A model generated the notes under the pieces. That model saw only the letters and a list, made by a program, of their open reading frames with translations, was not told the DNA's origin and ran no database searches. This document shows, piece by piece, positions 24,071 through 37,100 of a stretch of 64,000 nt of DNA (positions are counted from its first letter, which is position 1; every line of letters begins with the position of its first letter). A program made the position numbers and the translations under genes. The stretch is from Magallana gigas (taxonomy: Eukaryota), in contig NC_088856.1 in the NCBI RefSeq assembly GCF_963853765.1, forward strand, positions 34,658,001 to 34,722,000, written 5' to 3'.

Positions 24071-24483
24071 TAGCAGATTATGAATCTTGAATAATAAGAT
24101 GTCACTATGTGCCATTTGATGAAATACATAAACTGCATGTGGTAAAATTTTTATTGTCTTTATTTAGAGATATACATGTATATTCTGTATTGTCTGTTTT
24201 AGAACTCTTGCCCAAATTATTGTACATGTACAAATTGAAAAATAAACTTGCGAAAAGAAACAAAATTTAATCCTCTCAAAATATTTTTAAAATACTGTTG
24301 ACGTGGATTACGTGAAGGTATGTGTGTGTGTTCCTTTCAATTTGACTATGTTTGCTATAGGACATGTACAATATTTGATATAGGGTTTGGACAGTTAGAG
24401 AACCAAACACATCTTTTAAAAAACACTACGAAAATACTAGTATTCCTTAAAAATAAATGATTTTAGTATTAAACCGTATAAGA

Positions 24484-25048
24484 AACAGATCCACATCGCT
24501 CACCTGACTAACAATAGCCATGCCTTTGATCAATTTGCTTTTAGCTAAAAAGATGCACATTACAGTGAAGTATAATTATGTTGTTTTATTTTTTTTTCAA
24601 ATCTTCCCAATAAATTTTCTTATGTTAAACATCGAACCTCTATTTCAAAATTTCAAAGATTTTTCTCTGTTTATCCTATGTTAATTTCAACTCCCTACCG
24701 TGGCCCGAGCCTGACCTCGGGCATCATGATTTGAACAAGTTTGCATCAACATTACGTAAAAGATGCTTCAACACAAGATTTAGCTTTTCTGGCGAATTGG
24801 ATTTGGAGAAAACTTTTAATGGATGCAAACCTTTCAATAATTCTAAATTATATCCCCGTGAAAGAAAACAATGCAACGAACTAGTATAATTTTTACCTAA
24901 GGGTGAATTGTGCCAAGTTTGGTGAACTAGTGGCCCAGTGGGCACTGTGACTCGGCAGGGAAAATTTGAAAAGTTTAAAGACGGACGGACACCAAACAAA
25001 ACGCGATCAGAAAAGATCACTCGAGTTTTCAGCTCATATGAGCTAAAA
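24484..25048. mobile_element. Helentron-associated non-autonomous element (CvA/pearl-like)
   Basis: starts ...CCACATCGCTCACCTGA and ends TTCAGCTCATATGAGCTAAAA; GACGGACGGAC microsatellite near the 3' end; internal CCAAGTTTGG core motif shared with the 15-16 kb satellite. Confidence 0.75.
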
Positions 25049-28000
25049 CATGAGATCAAAGAACAATGTAAGTTTTCATCACCAATAAGAAATGTATTTA
25101 AATTAAATACGTTATATCTTGATAGAGAAATCAATTCTCTGTGAAATTAAATCTGTTGTGCATAATTGAGGGACCCAGACTGGCGTGACTTACTATAGTC
25201 CTAATATCTGGACATACACGTCACTATATTGTAGTCATTTACTTGTTCATTTTAGAAACAATTTGTTATATTATTATGGATTATCAATATTCTTTAATAT
25301 TAGTTTAGTACGTTCTATTAGAGTTATATTATGAAATAATCGTATAATAACAAATACTTATCATACATGTAGTATAGTATTTCATTCTATTACTGCTTTC
25401 AGTAGAATAATTTAACTCAGAATATGCTAGGTTTGTCGTTATATAATTTATACATTAACTTTTGATAATCATGATTGGTCGCGTTTTTCGTATGGAACAT
25501 AGAACTCACCAAATCTCGTTACCCCTTCCCCCATAAAAAAAGAAACGAAAACAAGATTTCCAGCATACTATCAATTTTATTCTGACTGACATGGGGGATG
25601 CAGAACATATACAACAATTTTGTGATGATGAAATGCACCGGTCTTTGGAAACCTACTATTAACAACCAATGTGATTGGTCCAGTCACAATGTGACGTCAT
25701 CATGAAAACTGATTGACCATGATTATTTCTTTTAAAAATTTCATTTCCTGAGATGAAAAACACGATGATCGTAAAAGCGAAAGTCTTAAACAGTGTGCTA
25801 AAAGAAGGAAAATACAAGCTGTAATAAATAACAAAGAGAAAATGACTAGACATAATGAAAAAGGGTGAAAGAATGAGGTAATATTAAACATTCGAAAAAA
25901 CTCCGGCCTCCATATGGTTGTAACTTTAAAAATGTTTCGTTTAGGAAAAATGATCAAGTATGCACTGATAAAAAATCTAAAGGCCATTCACACAATGGAA
26001 TGGGTGAAAGGACAGTTTTTTTACAACCCTGATTTGTAAGCGCTATGCACGTAGTGCTTTACACTTTTTGTTTTCTATATGAGCAACATGTGATAAACAA
26101 GACAGAAGCCATTTTGGATGAATATTGAACAACGCCTGCATAAGCTGAATCAGGGATGTTATAAAAATGACAAGAGGAGTTATTTCCCCTTCACCTCAGT
26201 GACACACAGTCTTTCTGAGCATCACGTATTCAGCGGCAAACTCTCAAACAAAATATCGTACAGCCAGAATATAGCGTCAGGAACAAAGAGGGTGGTGAGA
26301 ATTTCCCTCTGGAAAAATCACTTACAGCATTCTTATTCTTAAATAAGTTTATCTATATGATGTCTAGATAAGGCAGATGATTATGTAATATGCATTTTCT
26401 ACAGGCATATAGCTGTTCTTACAGCTCCCTGAATAACATACATTCTTTTTGGTCTGGTAAGAAAATGGTGATATTTTGAGAAAAACAAAAAAACTAAGGA
26501 GAGAAAACCAAACAAATTAAAACTGGAGCAATTACGTGGGCATTTACACTATGAGTCTGGGTTCTGGCCCCTGATAACATGGAGAATTTGACCTTACAAG
26601 CAAATACACAACACCTATACAATACTTATCTAAGAGAGTCTATGTACATTGCAGGATATCAGAAAAAAGGGGGGGGGAAGCCTGCTAGATTTCTTAATGG
26701 AAATCAAAGGGTAGTTATAAAAATTTATCAGTTGATAGCTCTATTTAAAAATCATTAAAATCATAGAAAAATTCTTGGATGCCATAATTTGAGAAAGACC
26801 CAGAAAAATATCTATGGAAAATAAGAAAAAAAAATGAATACAGAACTGGGTAATAAGCTGGATGATATTTCTGTAGCCTACGGTTGACCTTTTGATAGGA
26901 GTGAACACACGTTCCATGTTATATGTACATCTGATTCAAATACTGGTTCCATATTGACAAGACAGACCTGTGCTGATTTGTCAACATCATCAATGCCATT
27001 TCTATTCATATGTTATACCAGGTATGTCAACATATATACAAACATTAAATATGATATACGTCACCATAGGCATACCATGTCTTACATGATCCAAAATAAT
27101 ACATCATGTTTTGAACATTAGTTGTGTACCATGAATATTATGCCCTTTATCACTGTATATTGTATTTTTCATCAAAGGTCTAAAACTAAAGCAATATCTC
27201 AATAATACTGGACAAAAATAGTCAGTAATGTCCATATCATATGTCTGAATAATTTAAATTTTCTTTTTTTCCCCCAGATAATGGTTCCAAAATAACTAAT
27301 ATTTTGAAAGAGGTGAAAAATACCCCCTATTAATATATTTTGGCATTTAAATTTTTAAAACAAAACTTTTTATCATGTGATATTGTGAAATCATGATAAA
27401 AATTTATCTGAATATGTAAAATATTTTAAAAATAACCTAATTAAGAAAACATGAGAGTGAATTTATTTAAAGTAAAATTCACTTAACAATGATATCAGGT
27501 CTCTGCTTTTGTCTCGAGAAAATTTCATATGCTATTGCAGAAGAGAATAAGTTCTCCTATTGCACACAAAAACAAATATTTTAAAAAACACAATATATAC
27601 AGCAAAGCAAAAGTTTAAAAATAAATCCCAACCATCAAATAATTGAAATTGTATTCTGAACATTAAAAAATATACTGAAAAATTATTTATTTTGTACAAA
27701 AAAAATAGCCTTATTCTCTTAATCAGGTTGTATGAAAAGTAGGAATATAGAGAGAGAAAACTGGTTCATTTCAAACAGAAAAATAAAATCCAAAACTTGT
27801 CATGCAATTCAATACACTATAATAATTATGTAACTTGAAGCAAAACACAACAAAAACCAAATTCTATAACACTAAAACAAGGAAGAATAACAGGCAACAG
27901 TAGCACTTGAATATATATTCTACTCAAAGAAAAAAAAATAAAATAAAACTAACAATGTTTAAAAACAAGACAACTTTTGATTGGCCACAGAGATAATAAT

Positions 28001-28170
28001 GACTCGGCGACAAAGATCTCCGACAGGTCTAAAAAAAAAAATTATACATGAAATCATAAATAATTATTGGAACAGGTTCAGTTTGACTGAACTGTAATAC
28101 AGAATGAAAGTCGTTAAAAAAGTTTCCAACACACTGTCCACAGAGAAGCTATTCTGACCGCTTGTCACAG

Positions 28171-31100
28171 TCAGGATCCCAGCTCGGACATATTGGTCAT
28201 CATCACATCCTGTGATGTCGGCACTGAGAGAGTGTCCTGATTGGATGAATGTTGTCCAATGGGTGAACTGGACTTTGGTGACCTCGAGAGGGGGGACAGA
28301 TCTAGACCCTGTTCACAACCTGCATCTTCCTTGTCCCCCCGGCTGTCCAGGGATACCTCGCTGTCAAACTGGTTCCTAGGGGACAGATCCAGGGCTTGTT
28401 TGGAGGAGTCGTCACCCTTGACTGCCACAGAGAGGGGACTGTTCACGGTTGAGTGACCATTTTCAAGGAATGTGTCATCTCGTTCTGAGCTTTCTTCTTT
28501 GACATCAATGAAACTGTCTCTGAAATGACAAGTAAAGAAATGCTAAGATTATTTCACATGTTGAATTGCATTAATGCTGCACAGAAATACTAACCCCCCA
28601 AAAAACTTTAAACCAAATGTTCATAATGCAACAAAAATATGTTAGTAAGGATATTACATTGAAAATTTTACTTTTAAATTTTTGTATAAATAAATAGTCT
28701 ATTAATGCTAATTTCAATAAATTAATTCTACATTAATTTTTTTCTATAGCAAATTTTGCATCATATTTCTCAAAGATGTCAGTCTTAAAATCATGAAAAC
28801 CATAAATATACAAATTCTAAAGGTGTTGTGTGCACTTTTATTTGCCTACTTCAACTGTCATTAATATTAATAAACATAAATAAAATATGTTACGTAAAAA
28901 AGCAATTGAATAATATTAAAGGTATGTCCCACAAAATTTTGTATACTCAGATCTAAAATGAATTCATTTTCATAAAAATTTAATGCAATACACAGGTATT
29001 AAAGAATGAGTAAATTCTCTCATTATTTTTGCTTCAAATTCAAAAAAAGCCAAAATGACCACTTTTTTCCAATCTAAACATACACATGTATTTGAAATCA
29101 ACAGAATAATGTAAATACTAACAGTTTTCATCATTTAAGAGATGAAATCAAACACTGATTTAAATTTAAATTTAAAAAAAAGACATGGGAGAAATATAGA
29201 GACTGCTATATTTAATTTTTTTTTCAAGCCAATATTTTAAAACTGGACAAATGTTTAATTGTGGTTCAGAGTGGAGAAGTATTTAGATTTTTGGGCAATG
29301 CACAGTAACATTTCTGTTTAGTGCATTACTTAGAAGTAGGAGAAATAAGGATTATCGTAACATCCTCTTTTTGTCGGTGTCTGGATTGTGGTGATTTAAG
29401 CGGTGGGGGTTGCCAGGGACAGGAAGGGCCGACAACCACAGGAAGTTGATCCCTGTCACCACAAACAAGCTCCGCGCTTCATGTTTGGGCGAACTCTGAA
29501 TCGCTTATTCATCACTTCAAAACCACGACTGTCATCTCGTCAAAAGCCACGCTATTTCTGAGCGTTGTAAACAAACAACATCAACCATTAAAATGTCATT
29601 ATTAGCATGTTCATAGCCTTTTCCCAATTCATCACCGAGGCTTCTCAACAAGTATGCATAATGAATGAATTTCCCGGTTTAATATGTCAATTGTATTGAG
29701 AGGCAAATAAATTTCCTTGGGACATGCACTAAATAGCAACAGGTTTCATTTTGATTACTTTTTTCTTATTAATTAAAGATGATACAAAAATGACTTCTAA
29801 GTTGATATATCATCTTGGCTTTATACAACGCTCCTTATAGACACATTTGCAGTATTCCAATAAAAAAAGGTGTATGATTTACATACCGGGGCTATTTAAC
29901 TGACACAGATTTTATCATATTTACGCCTATATTTGATGTATGTATCTAAATCGTTCATGTGGTTATAAAACAGCTAATATATCATAGATATGAATATTTT
30001 CTTTTGTTATGTCATTTTTAAAGATATTTATAAAAGGTACACCAAAAAATATAATGACTTGCACAAAATTGATTTTATCATTTTAAAATTTATTAGGATT
30101 TCATCAGTATCCAACCTGCATTTTTCTTTGGAACTTTCATGTCTGTATGCAATTGTATGGTTAGCATAATGTAGTTTTATCAATATCAAAGCATCCACAG
30201 CTTTTAGCACCTATTCTAACGTAATGATTACTTTTAAACATGGGGAACAAGAGGAAAAGATTTGAGCAAACATGTTGAAGTGCATTTGAAAAGCACAGAA
30301 GGCACTGGGTCAGTGCCCGTGATTCATTCAGGTTTCGGCGGCCTGGTACGATGTATGTAAAACAAGTTGTATCTGCGGTAAAAGTTCGCTCGTCCTCTCC
30401 GCTAACAAACAAAAAGAGCAACAGAGGCACGACAGAAGCCCAGAAATCTGGTCATGTTTAATGCATACAACAACATCACGATAGATGGATTGTCACACAA
30501 TGAAAACAAGTGAGCAGACTTCAGGAAACAACTCGTCACACATGAGCCGCGGTGCACTGTCGAGGGCTGTAAACGCCACTCGCGACACCGATAGCTGTCT
30601 AAGTTTGCCCCAGTGACCCAGGCTTGTCAGTTGCGTCAAATTATCCACGTTTTATATTTTTGGCAGAGTAAAGCGTGGTTGTTTTCTCGTTTGAAATTAG
30701 AGTTTTTCAATTGACTTTAATGACATCTGATAGATTGCTTGTCATAATCGGTTCAGCAAAGGGCGAGGCTTTCACGCACTTCATGTAAACAGAATCAAAT
30801 TAGCTAATTATCTCTAGACTCTTTTGACTCTTGTTTTATTATATTATGATTTATGAAATATAAAACATCTGTCTCTGGCGAACCAATAAGAAACATAATG
30901 TCTATGTAGGAAGCGAATTGTATGTTTAATACAAGAGTATATGTGACCCAGACAAAGCATTTTTTGTTTGTGAAGCTATTAACAGGTGTTCATGGATCAC
31001 GAAAACTTGTCAAATATATGTCACTTTGTTTCCAAAAATTGTCAACATAAAAGCATGAATATTAAAACTTATTAGCACAATCTTTTATACGTTGAATTAC

Positions 31101-34100
31101 TGAGATAGATTGAGAACAAAGGAATATCATTATTGGTTTCAGCCCTTAATTCACACAAAATATTAACATTTTGATCAGCGCAACACTGTCCTTTTTAAAT
31201 ATTTCATAAAAATTTCTTATGCAATATATCAGAGTATACTGACGGAAATAGCACGACCATCAACTTGATATGGAGTTGGCAGCAATATAAAAATTGATTA
31301 AAAAACCAATTTGGGCAAAACTATTGCCCACTACCTTTGAAAAATAAATAATAAAATAGCCATTATCCCTTTCATTTCATTAGAGAATTTCCTTTAATAA
31401 AACAAATGATCATTTGTCAAGGATTCATAAGTAAAGTATTTCCTCACATCAATAGCAATAATTCAATTTCTAAAAATCAAGAACCCTGCTAATTGACTTT
31501 AAAGATTTAGTAATGCATCCAAAATTATTGAAATAAAATTAGCATTACATTCCTACATAACATTCTATTTTATTATTTTACTTTCTGATAGCAAATTGTG
31601 TCACAATTTGTATAACAGATTTTAGAACTAACTTCAGTACAAGCTTTAAAACTTTTTTCCCCCAAAAAAACCTACCAATAATAATTAATGCACATGCTGC
31701 TTGTTTATACATGTATAATAACATTTTACCATTTTTCTGGTTTTATAACACCCTCCATGATAAAAAGAATGAAATAAATTATGCCAATTCATCCAAGTTT
31801 TGTAATTTAACCAAGACAAACCAAAATGTATTAGTTAATTGTTCTGGGTAACACAGAATTGAAGTTGAGAAAATTGTTCACGTCATTTCCAAATGAGATT
31901 GAGAAGAACTTCAACATATCAGGGTTTTCCCACCCAACAACATGATGTTCCTACAGGTCCTTCATTAAAAGTGCCTAAAAGCCTACTTGATTTAAATTGA
32001 TACTTCTTTGACACGTTTTACTCTTGTTGAAAAACTAACAAAGCAAATATTAAAATTGTTTGAAAATTTACGAATGTTCCTTACTACAAGAACTAAAATA
32101 CAGAGATAATAGGAGTAATATGGAGTAACAATTATTGGTTGACTCACCGTGAGGGGGACTCGTACTTGCTCAGGTTGTCTGAGCTACTGTTCCTGTTGGA
32201 CTTCATCGACAGATCCTCTACTCCATCCATAGACATGGAGCCATTGCTGTACTGGTGATTTAACATGGAGGCCTGTTCAATGGCAGCCTGCAAAGATTAC
32301 ATCAATTCTACAAATTTGATTTTTTAGAGAAATTAAAACTACAAATATGATCTTCTTGGAAAACACTCAAACTTTAAATCTATTTAACTGGAGTTGGCAA
32401 CAGTGTCACATCATTTTACCATTCAGAAATCAAATGTGCTGATAAATTTTTGCTTATTCTCGAAATTTACCCTTAAAGTGGCATTGAAAGTCTCTCCGAA
32501 GATAACAGGTTCAGCATTCATTGAGGGACTTTTTACATCTTTGACAGGCATATTTCTGAAATTCAATAAATTATTTGTCATATGTGCATGATCTTAACAA
32601 AACTTGCTTATAATTGGGTCCAAATTTATTCAAGGCCAAAGATGGGCAAAACATAATACATGCATTTCTCTTTGTCTTTCCAATATTGACCTGAATATCA
32701 CATTGAAAATAGAGTTTGCTTAGTTAGATTTGGAGATGATGAATGCGGATGTATTGCCGTACCCTCCGAGTTTCTGAGGTCGTCGTTTGTAGAACTCCAC
32801 CTCGTCTACGGTCCACACTGCTCCTTTCACATTCTCCACTCTCATGAAGCACTTGTGAAGACTAAGGTTGTGTCGCACCGCATTCTGTAAACCACAAATA
32901 TTAAGGGAAATTGAAAATAAATTATCTAAATCAAAAATTTCAAATGAATCATTTAAAGGTAAGAAGAATTGAATAAAAAAAAATTAGTTGCGAATTTTGT
33001 CACTTTTTTTATTCATCTCAGGTGAAAAAATTTTTAGAAAAAATTATTTGCAAACTTCGTCACTTTTTTATTTATTGCATAAAATGATGATCTTCTGATT
33101 TTCAATTCTAATGATCTACAGACTAAATCAAAATTGAGAGCAATAAAAAAAGTACAATAAGATTTATTTGAAATTTTAATATTAACGTTTGATTTATTTG
33201 TGCGTGCTCCAATAACGACACTGTCCTAGTGTAGAATTTACTGCCCAGTGCTTCAATAAATTAAACCTGATGACAGTACGCTTGATCACTGTATCAGGAA
33301 ATGCATTTTTTCAGCCCATCATAAAAAAAGGTAATTAAAAATTACGAGTCCATCTGACAGGTAAATTTAGATGCCATAAATCAATCTTTAGAAAATTTAA
33401 TTATACTTGTTATTTTAACAACAAACAAAAATTTCATCGAAATTAAAATTTTTGTCCACAGAAAAAAAAACCCCACTCTTCTAATTAAAATCATTATATA
33501 AACGAATTGATATTATCAAAAACAACATATTTGATATTAATCTGAGAGTTTAATACATTTAATGCATTGAAAGCATGAAGATTATTTAAAACAAAAAAAT
33601 TTAAAAAATAGAATAAGGAAACAACAAATATGCAGAAGAGCCAAAATAAATATTGCATAACCTGAAAGAGGACTCATCTATTATACAGACCCCAAAAATA
33701 TTTTTATTTAAATGTCAAGAACTATTTAGAGCACATTTTTAATCTAAGCATACATGAAATATGATAAAATGTTGTCAAATATTTTTATGTACTGTGTGAA
33801 AATGCCTAATCATTTCCAATTTGGCAGTGGTTTAATTTTATCAGTAAATCATGCCGAGGTAATTCATTATGTATCAGGTGAACAGGAAACGCTGCTAACA
33901 TATTTACACAATTTGTTGTTTTTATTATACACCCTGTCTTTAAATTTATGCTTTATTTTGACTGATGTAACAACGACGGTCGAATGACATTGAAATCTGA
34001 TGCTGTACTTTTAAATCACGCATTACGCCTTGTGGAAAAAATTTGTAAGTTATTCATCGAAATAAAACCATACAGATGGGAATCTTTGATCTAAAATAGC

Positions 34101-37100
34101 ATTTATTACAAAGGTGTTTTGTAAAAAAAGTTCTTTAAATAGATAGCAAATCTCATATTTATTTTACTGATTCTCATATTTTCATTTTTACAAAAGTCTA
34201 GTAGCATTTGATACATGTACTAAACTTCTTGAGCTAGTTGTGCCCCTTTGAACTTAGGACTGCAAAAATTTCAATAATCGAGGCACGTCAGAGAATAAGA
34301 TGATAGGACTGTACCTTCCAAGTCGCCTCATTGCGTCGGAAGTAAGCAAAGGTATTCTGGAACCACTGGTAGATCTCGTTTAGTGTCAGCTGTTTGTGAG
34401 GCGATTCAATGATAGCCTGTCAACAGACATGTATCATTGGATAATTAAAATCATTTATCAGTGATTTAACATTTATTAGTTCATCAGATCTAACATAACA
34501 ATGTGTTACAAGGTTCTCATCAACAATCTTCTGTTTCTCAAGATAATTCCCTTCTTATTGTAATCAGTTGCACCTGACAAGAGTTCAATAGACCCCAAAA
34601 AATGTGAAATTGCCCATTTCAAAATCATACTTCATATCAATCAAAAAATTTAAATCCTAACTAAGATGTGTTTCTATTTTTTTTTTTTACCTTTATTTAC
34701 ATTTACCTGTATAATATAAGATGAAAAAAAAATTTGCAAGGTGTACATGACTTAGCAACACTGTTACAAATTGATTGATAACTTAGTACCTGTTCCTCTT
34801 TATGAACAGTCAGAGCAAACACAATACACTTTGTTCCATGAATGGATTACCGATTCTTCAAAATGTAAAAAATAAATATGGCCTGCTTACCTGGCGAATT
34901 AATGAAGCGTACGTAAAAGGAGGTCGTACATCAGTGCTCTTGTAGAAATCACGGTTTCTTTGGATTTCTATAAACAGAAAAAACAGAGTCATAATGTTAT
35001 TCATTAATGTTGTCAGCAATTTTCCCATCACAGACACAGATTTGACATGTATTAAAATATCATCTGATTACTGTAACCTTAAATTCAAAAAGATATATTT
35101 AAGATTTATATCATGCACTATTAATTGTGGAGAAAATAAATCTACCGGTATTCTTTTCTGCGATGTTATTTTGTCAATTTTCCTCAAATAGAGCATAATT
35201 AGTAAAGATAGGCAATTACGAATATAACTTTAGGCCTCATTTTTAGAGAAGCATTTCAGTAAGCTCAATCATATACACTACACAAAAATTATCATTCTTC
35301 AATCTTCCTCCAACAAAACTATATGTCAGATTGTCCTTATTTAACATACAAGTTCATTCTAACCCTACATCATATAATAGAGTTAGAAAGATTATCAGAA
35401 GAAATTATGGCTATTTAAGTCGTACCCTCTGAGGTGCCGGCTGAGATCGGGAGGTTACACTTGTCTGAGACGCGCCGTCTCATTGGTCCACCGCCGGTGG
35501 GCGTTGATGGTTGTGAGTGGGACTGAGGTGTGGGGGGCTTGGAGAGTGATGTCACCATGGAAGGGGGGATCCCCAGGGAAAGGGACATAGGGTGCGTCAC
35601 CATGGGTACAGGGGTGGGTGGGGCTGAGACAGATGAGACGGGGGCCTGCTTCAGTGGGGAAGACAAGGCTGCCACTGGCTTGGGCGGGCTGGGGGCGGCC
35701 ACCACAGGGGAGGTCACTGTTGCCATGGAAATGGGAACAGGCGTAGAAACTTTGGGATGAAAAGCTTTCTGAAAAAAAAAAGCAGAAATGTAAAGTAACT
35801 GAACCTTTAAATCCTAAGTAATGATAAATAAATTCAAATTTTATTAATAAATCAAATTAGGATGAGGTTAGGCCGCTTACCTGTGGGGATGGAGGGTCTG
35901 GTTTAGACTTAGGCTGTTTCATGTGGAGATGCTGCATCATACCCTGAAGCAGTTCTTTCTCTCTTACCAACTGTTGAAAAGGAAAAGAACACCTTTGTTA
36001 ATGCTTCATAATTTTAAAGGGAGCTTGTATTGTCCGAATAACCTCCTGCATCCCTTCTGGTATCAATTCAACATCCTTGGTTATTGTAATAATCCCCATC
36101 TCAACCCATCCATCATTTTCCTGATATTTCATTTAAAACAAGATGGAGAAGTTAACTGGTCTTTCCAACAACAAAATATTCTAGTAAATAACAAATAAAT
36201 TGTTATTGCTTAATGATTAAATATCCTAAAGAAAAAAAAATCGTAGGATAGCCAGCTATGAAGAAGTGAAAAACTAATACTTATAGGGGAAAAATTATGC
36301 AATATAACCAAAATAAATCATGAAGTTTAAGGAAACAACTTAGCTATTCATTATATTTATTTTCCGGGGAAGGTGGTGTGTGAAATCAAAAACTGTGTTT
36401 TTAAAATTCCATCAATAAATATTTTAAATAGAGAGTTTGAGGAAACAGATGACTCAGGTAAATTCATACAAAAACATTCCATCAAAATCAAGCTGTCAAT
36501 TGGAAAAGATAGATGGGCACGATTGGTGAGAATACATCTCATAACCGTCAAAATCGTCACAAGGTTTTGTCAATGTTGTTTAGCACTTAATTTAATTAGG
36601 ACTGGTTTTGATACTGTTTGACAATCCACTGACAGGGGAACAGACAGACTCTCTACATCCCTCTTAGCATTAATATTGCCAGGATTTATAGGCAATGTGG
36701 AACAAAATCTTTGACATGCAAAAAACATTTTACATGCCCCCCCCCCTTTTTTGACTCTCAAATTAATATCATATTTAAAAATCATATACATAGAGTTTGA
36801 GTGCTTCAATTCTTTCAGTATACATTGATAAGATTATATTATATTTTTTATATCACCCTCCTTAAAAAAATGATCACATTACCAAAATTAATTAAATGCT
36901 TTTCAACAAAATTAAAGTCCCAAGGAGATTAAACAAACATATATTTAAGATGCCGTTTTCTTTCATTAATTTGAAGAACAATTTTTTTGAAAATATAAAA
37001 TCTGCAGAGATCGTGACATTTTCAGACTAAATGATACTATCTCCCGGATATTGATGGCCCCCATCTGAGAAAACACAGCAGAAGCAATCAGATCATATTA

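Noticed and set aside
29340-30780. Extra FoxP coding exons in GC-richer intron islands (including ORF 30161-30430)
   Set aside because: Flanking exons already join in phase (CG|A) and the translations show no FoxP similarity; more likely non-coding regulatory sequence.
28520-34314. Duplicated, mutually exclusive forkhead exon as in insect FoxP or vertebrate FOXP1-ES
   Set aside because: I found no second NA(V/I)[14 protein letters not shown] exon by eye; a TBLASTN of the 32,763-32,884 exon would be needed to exclude a diverged copy.
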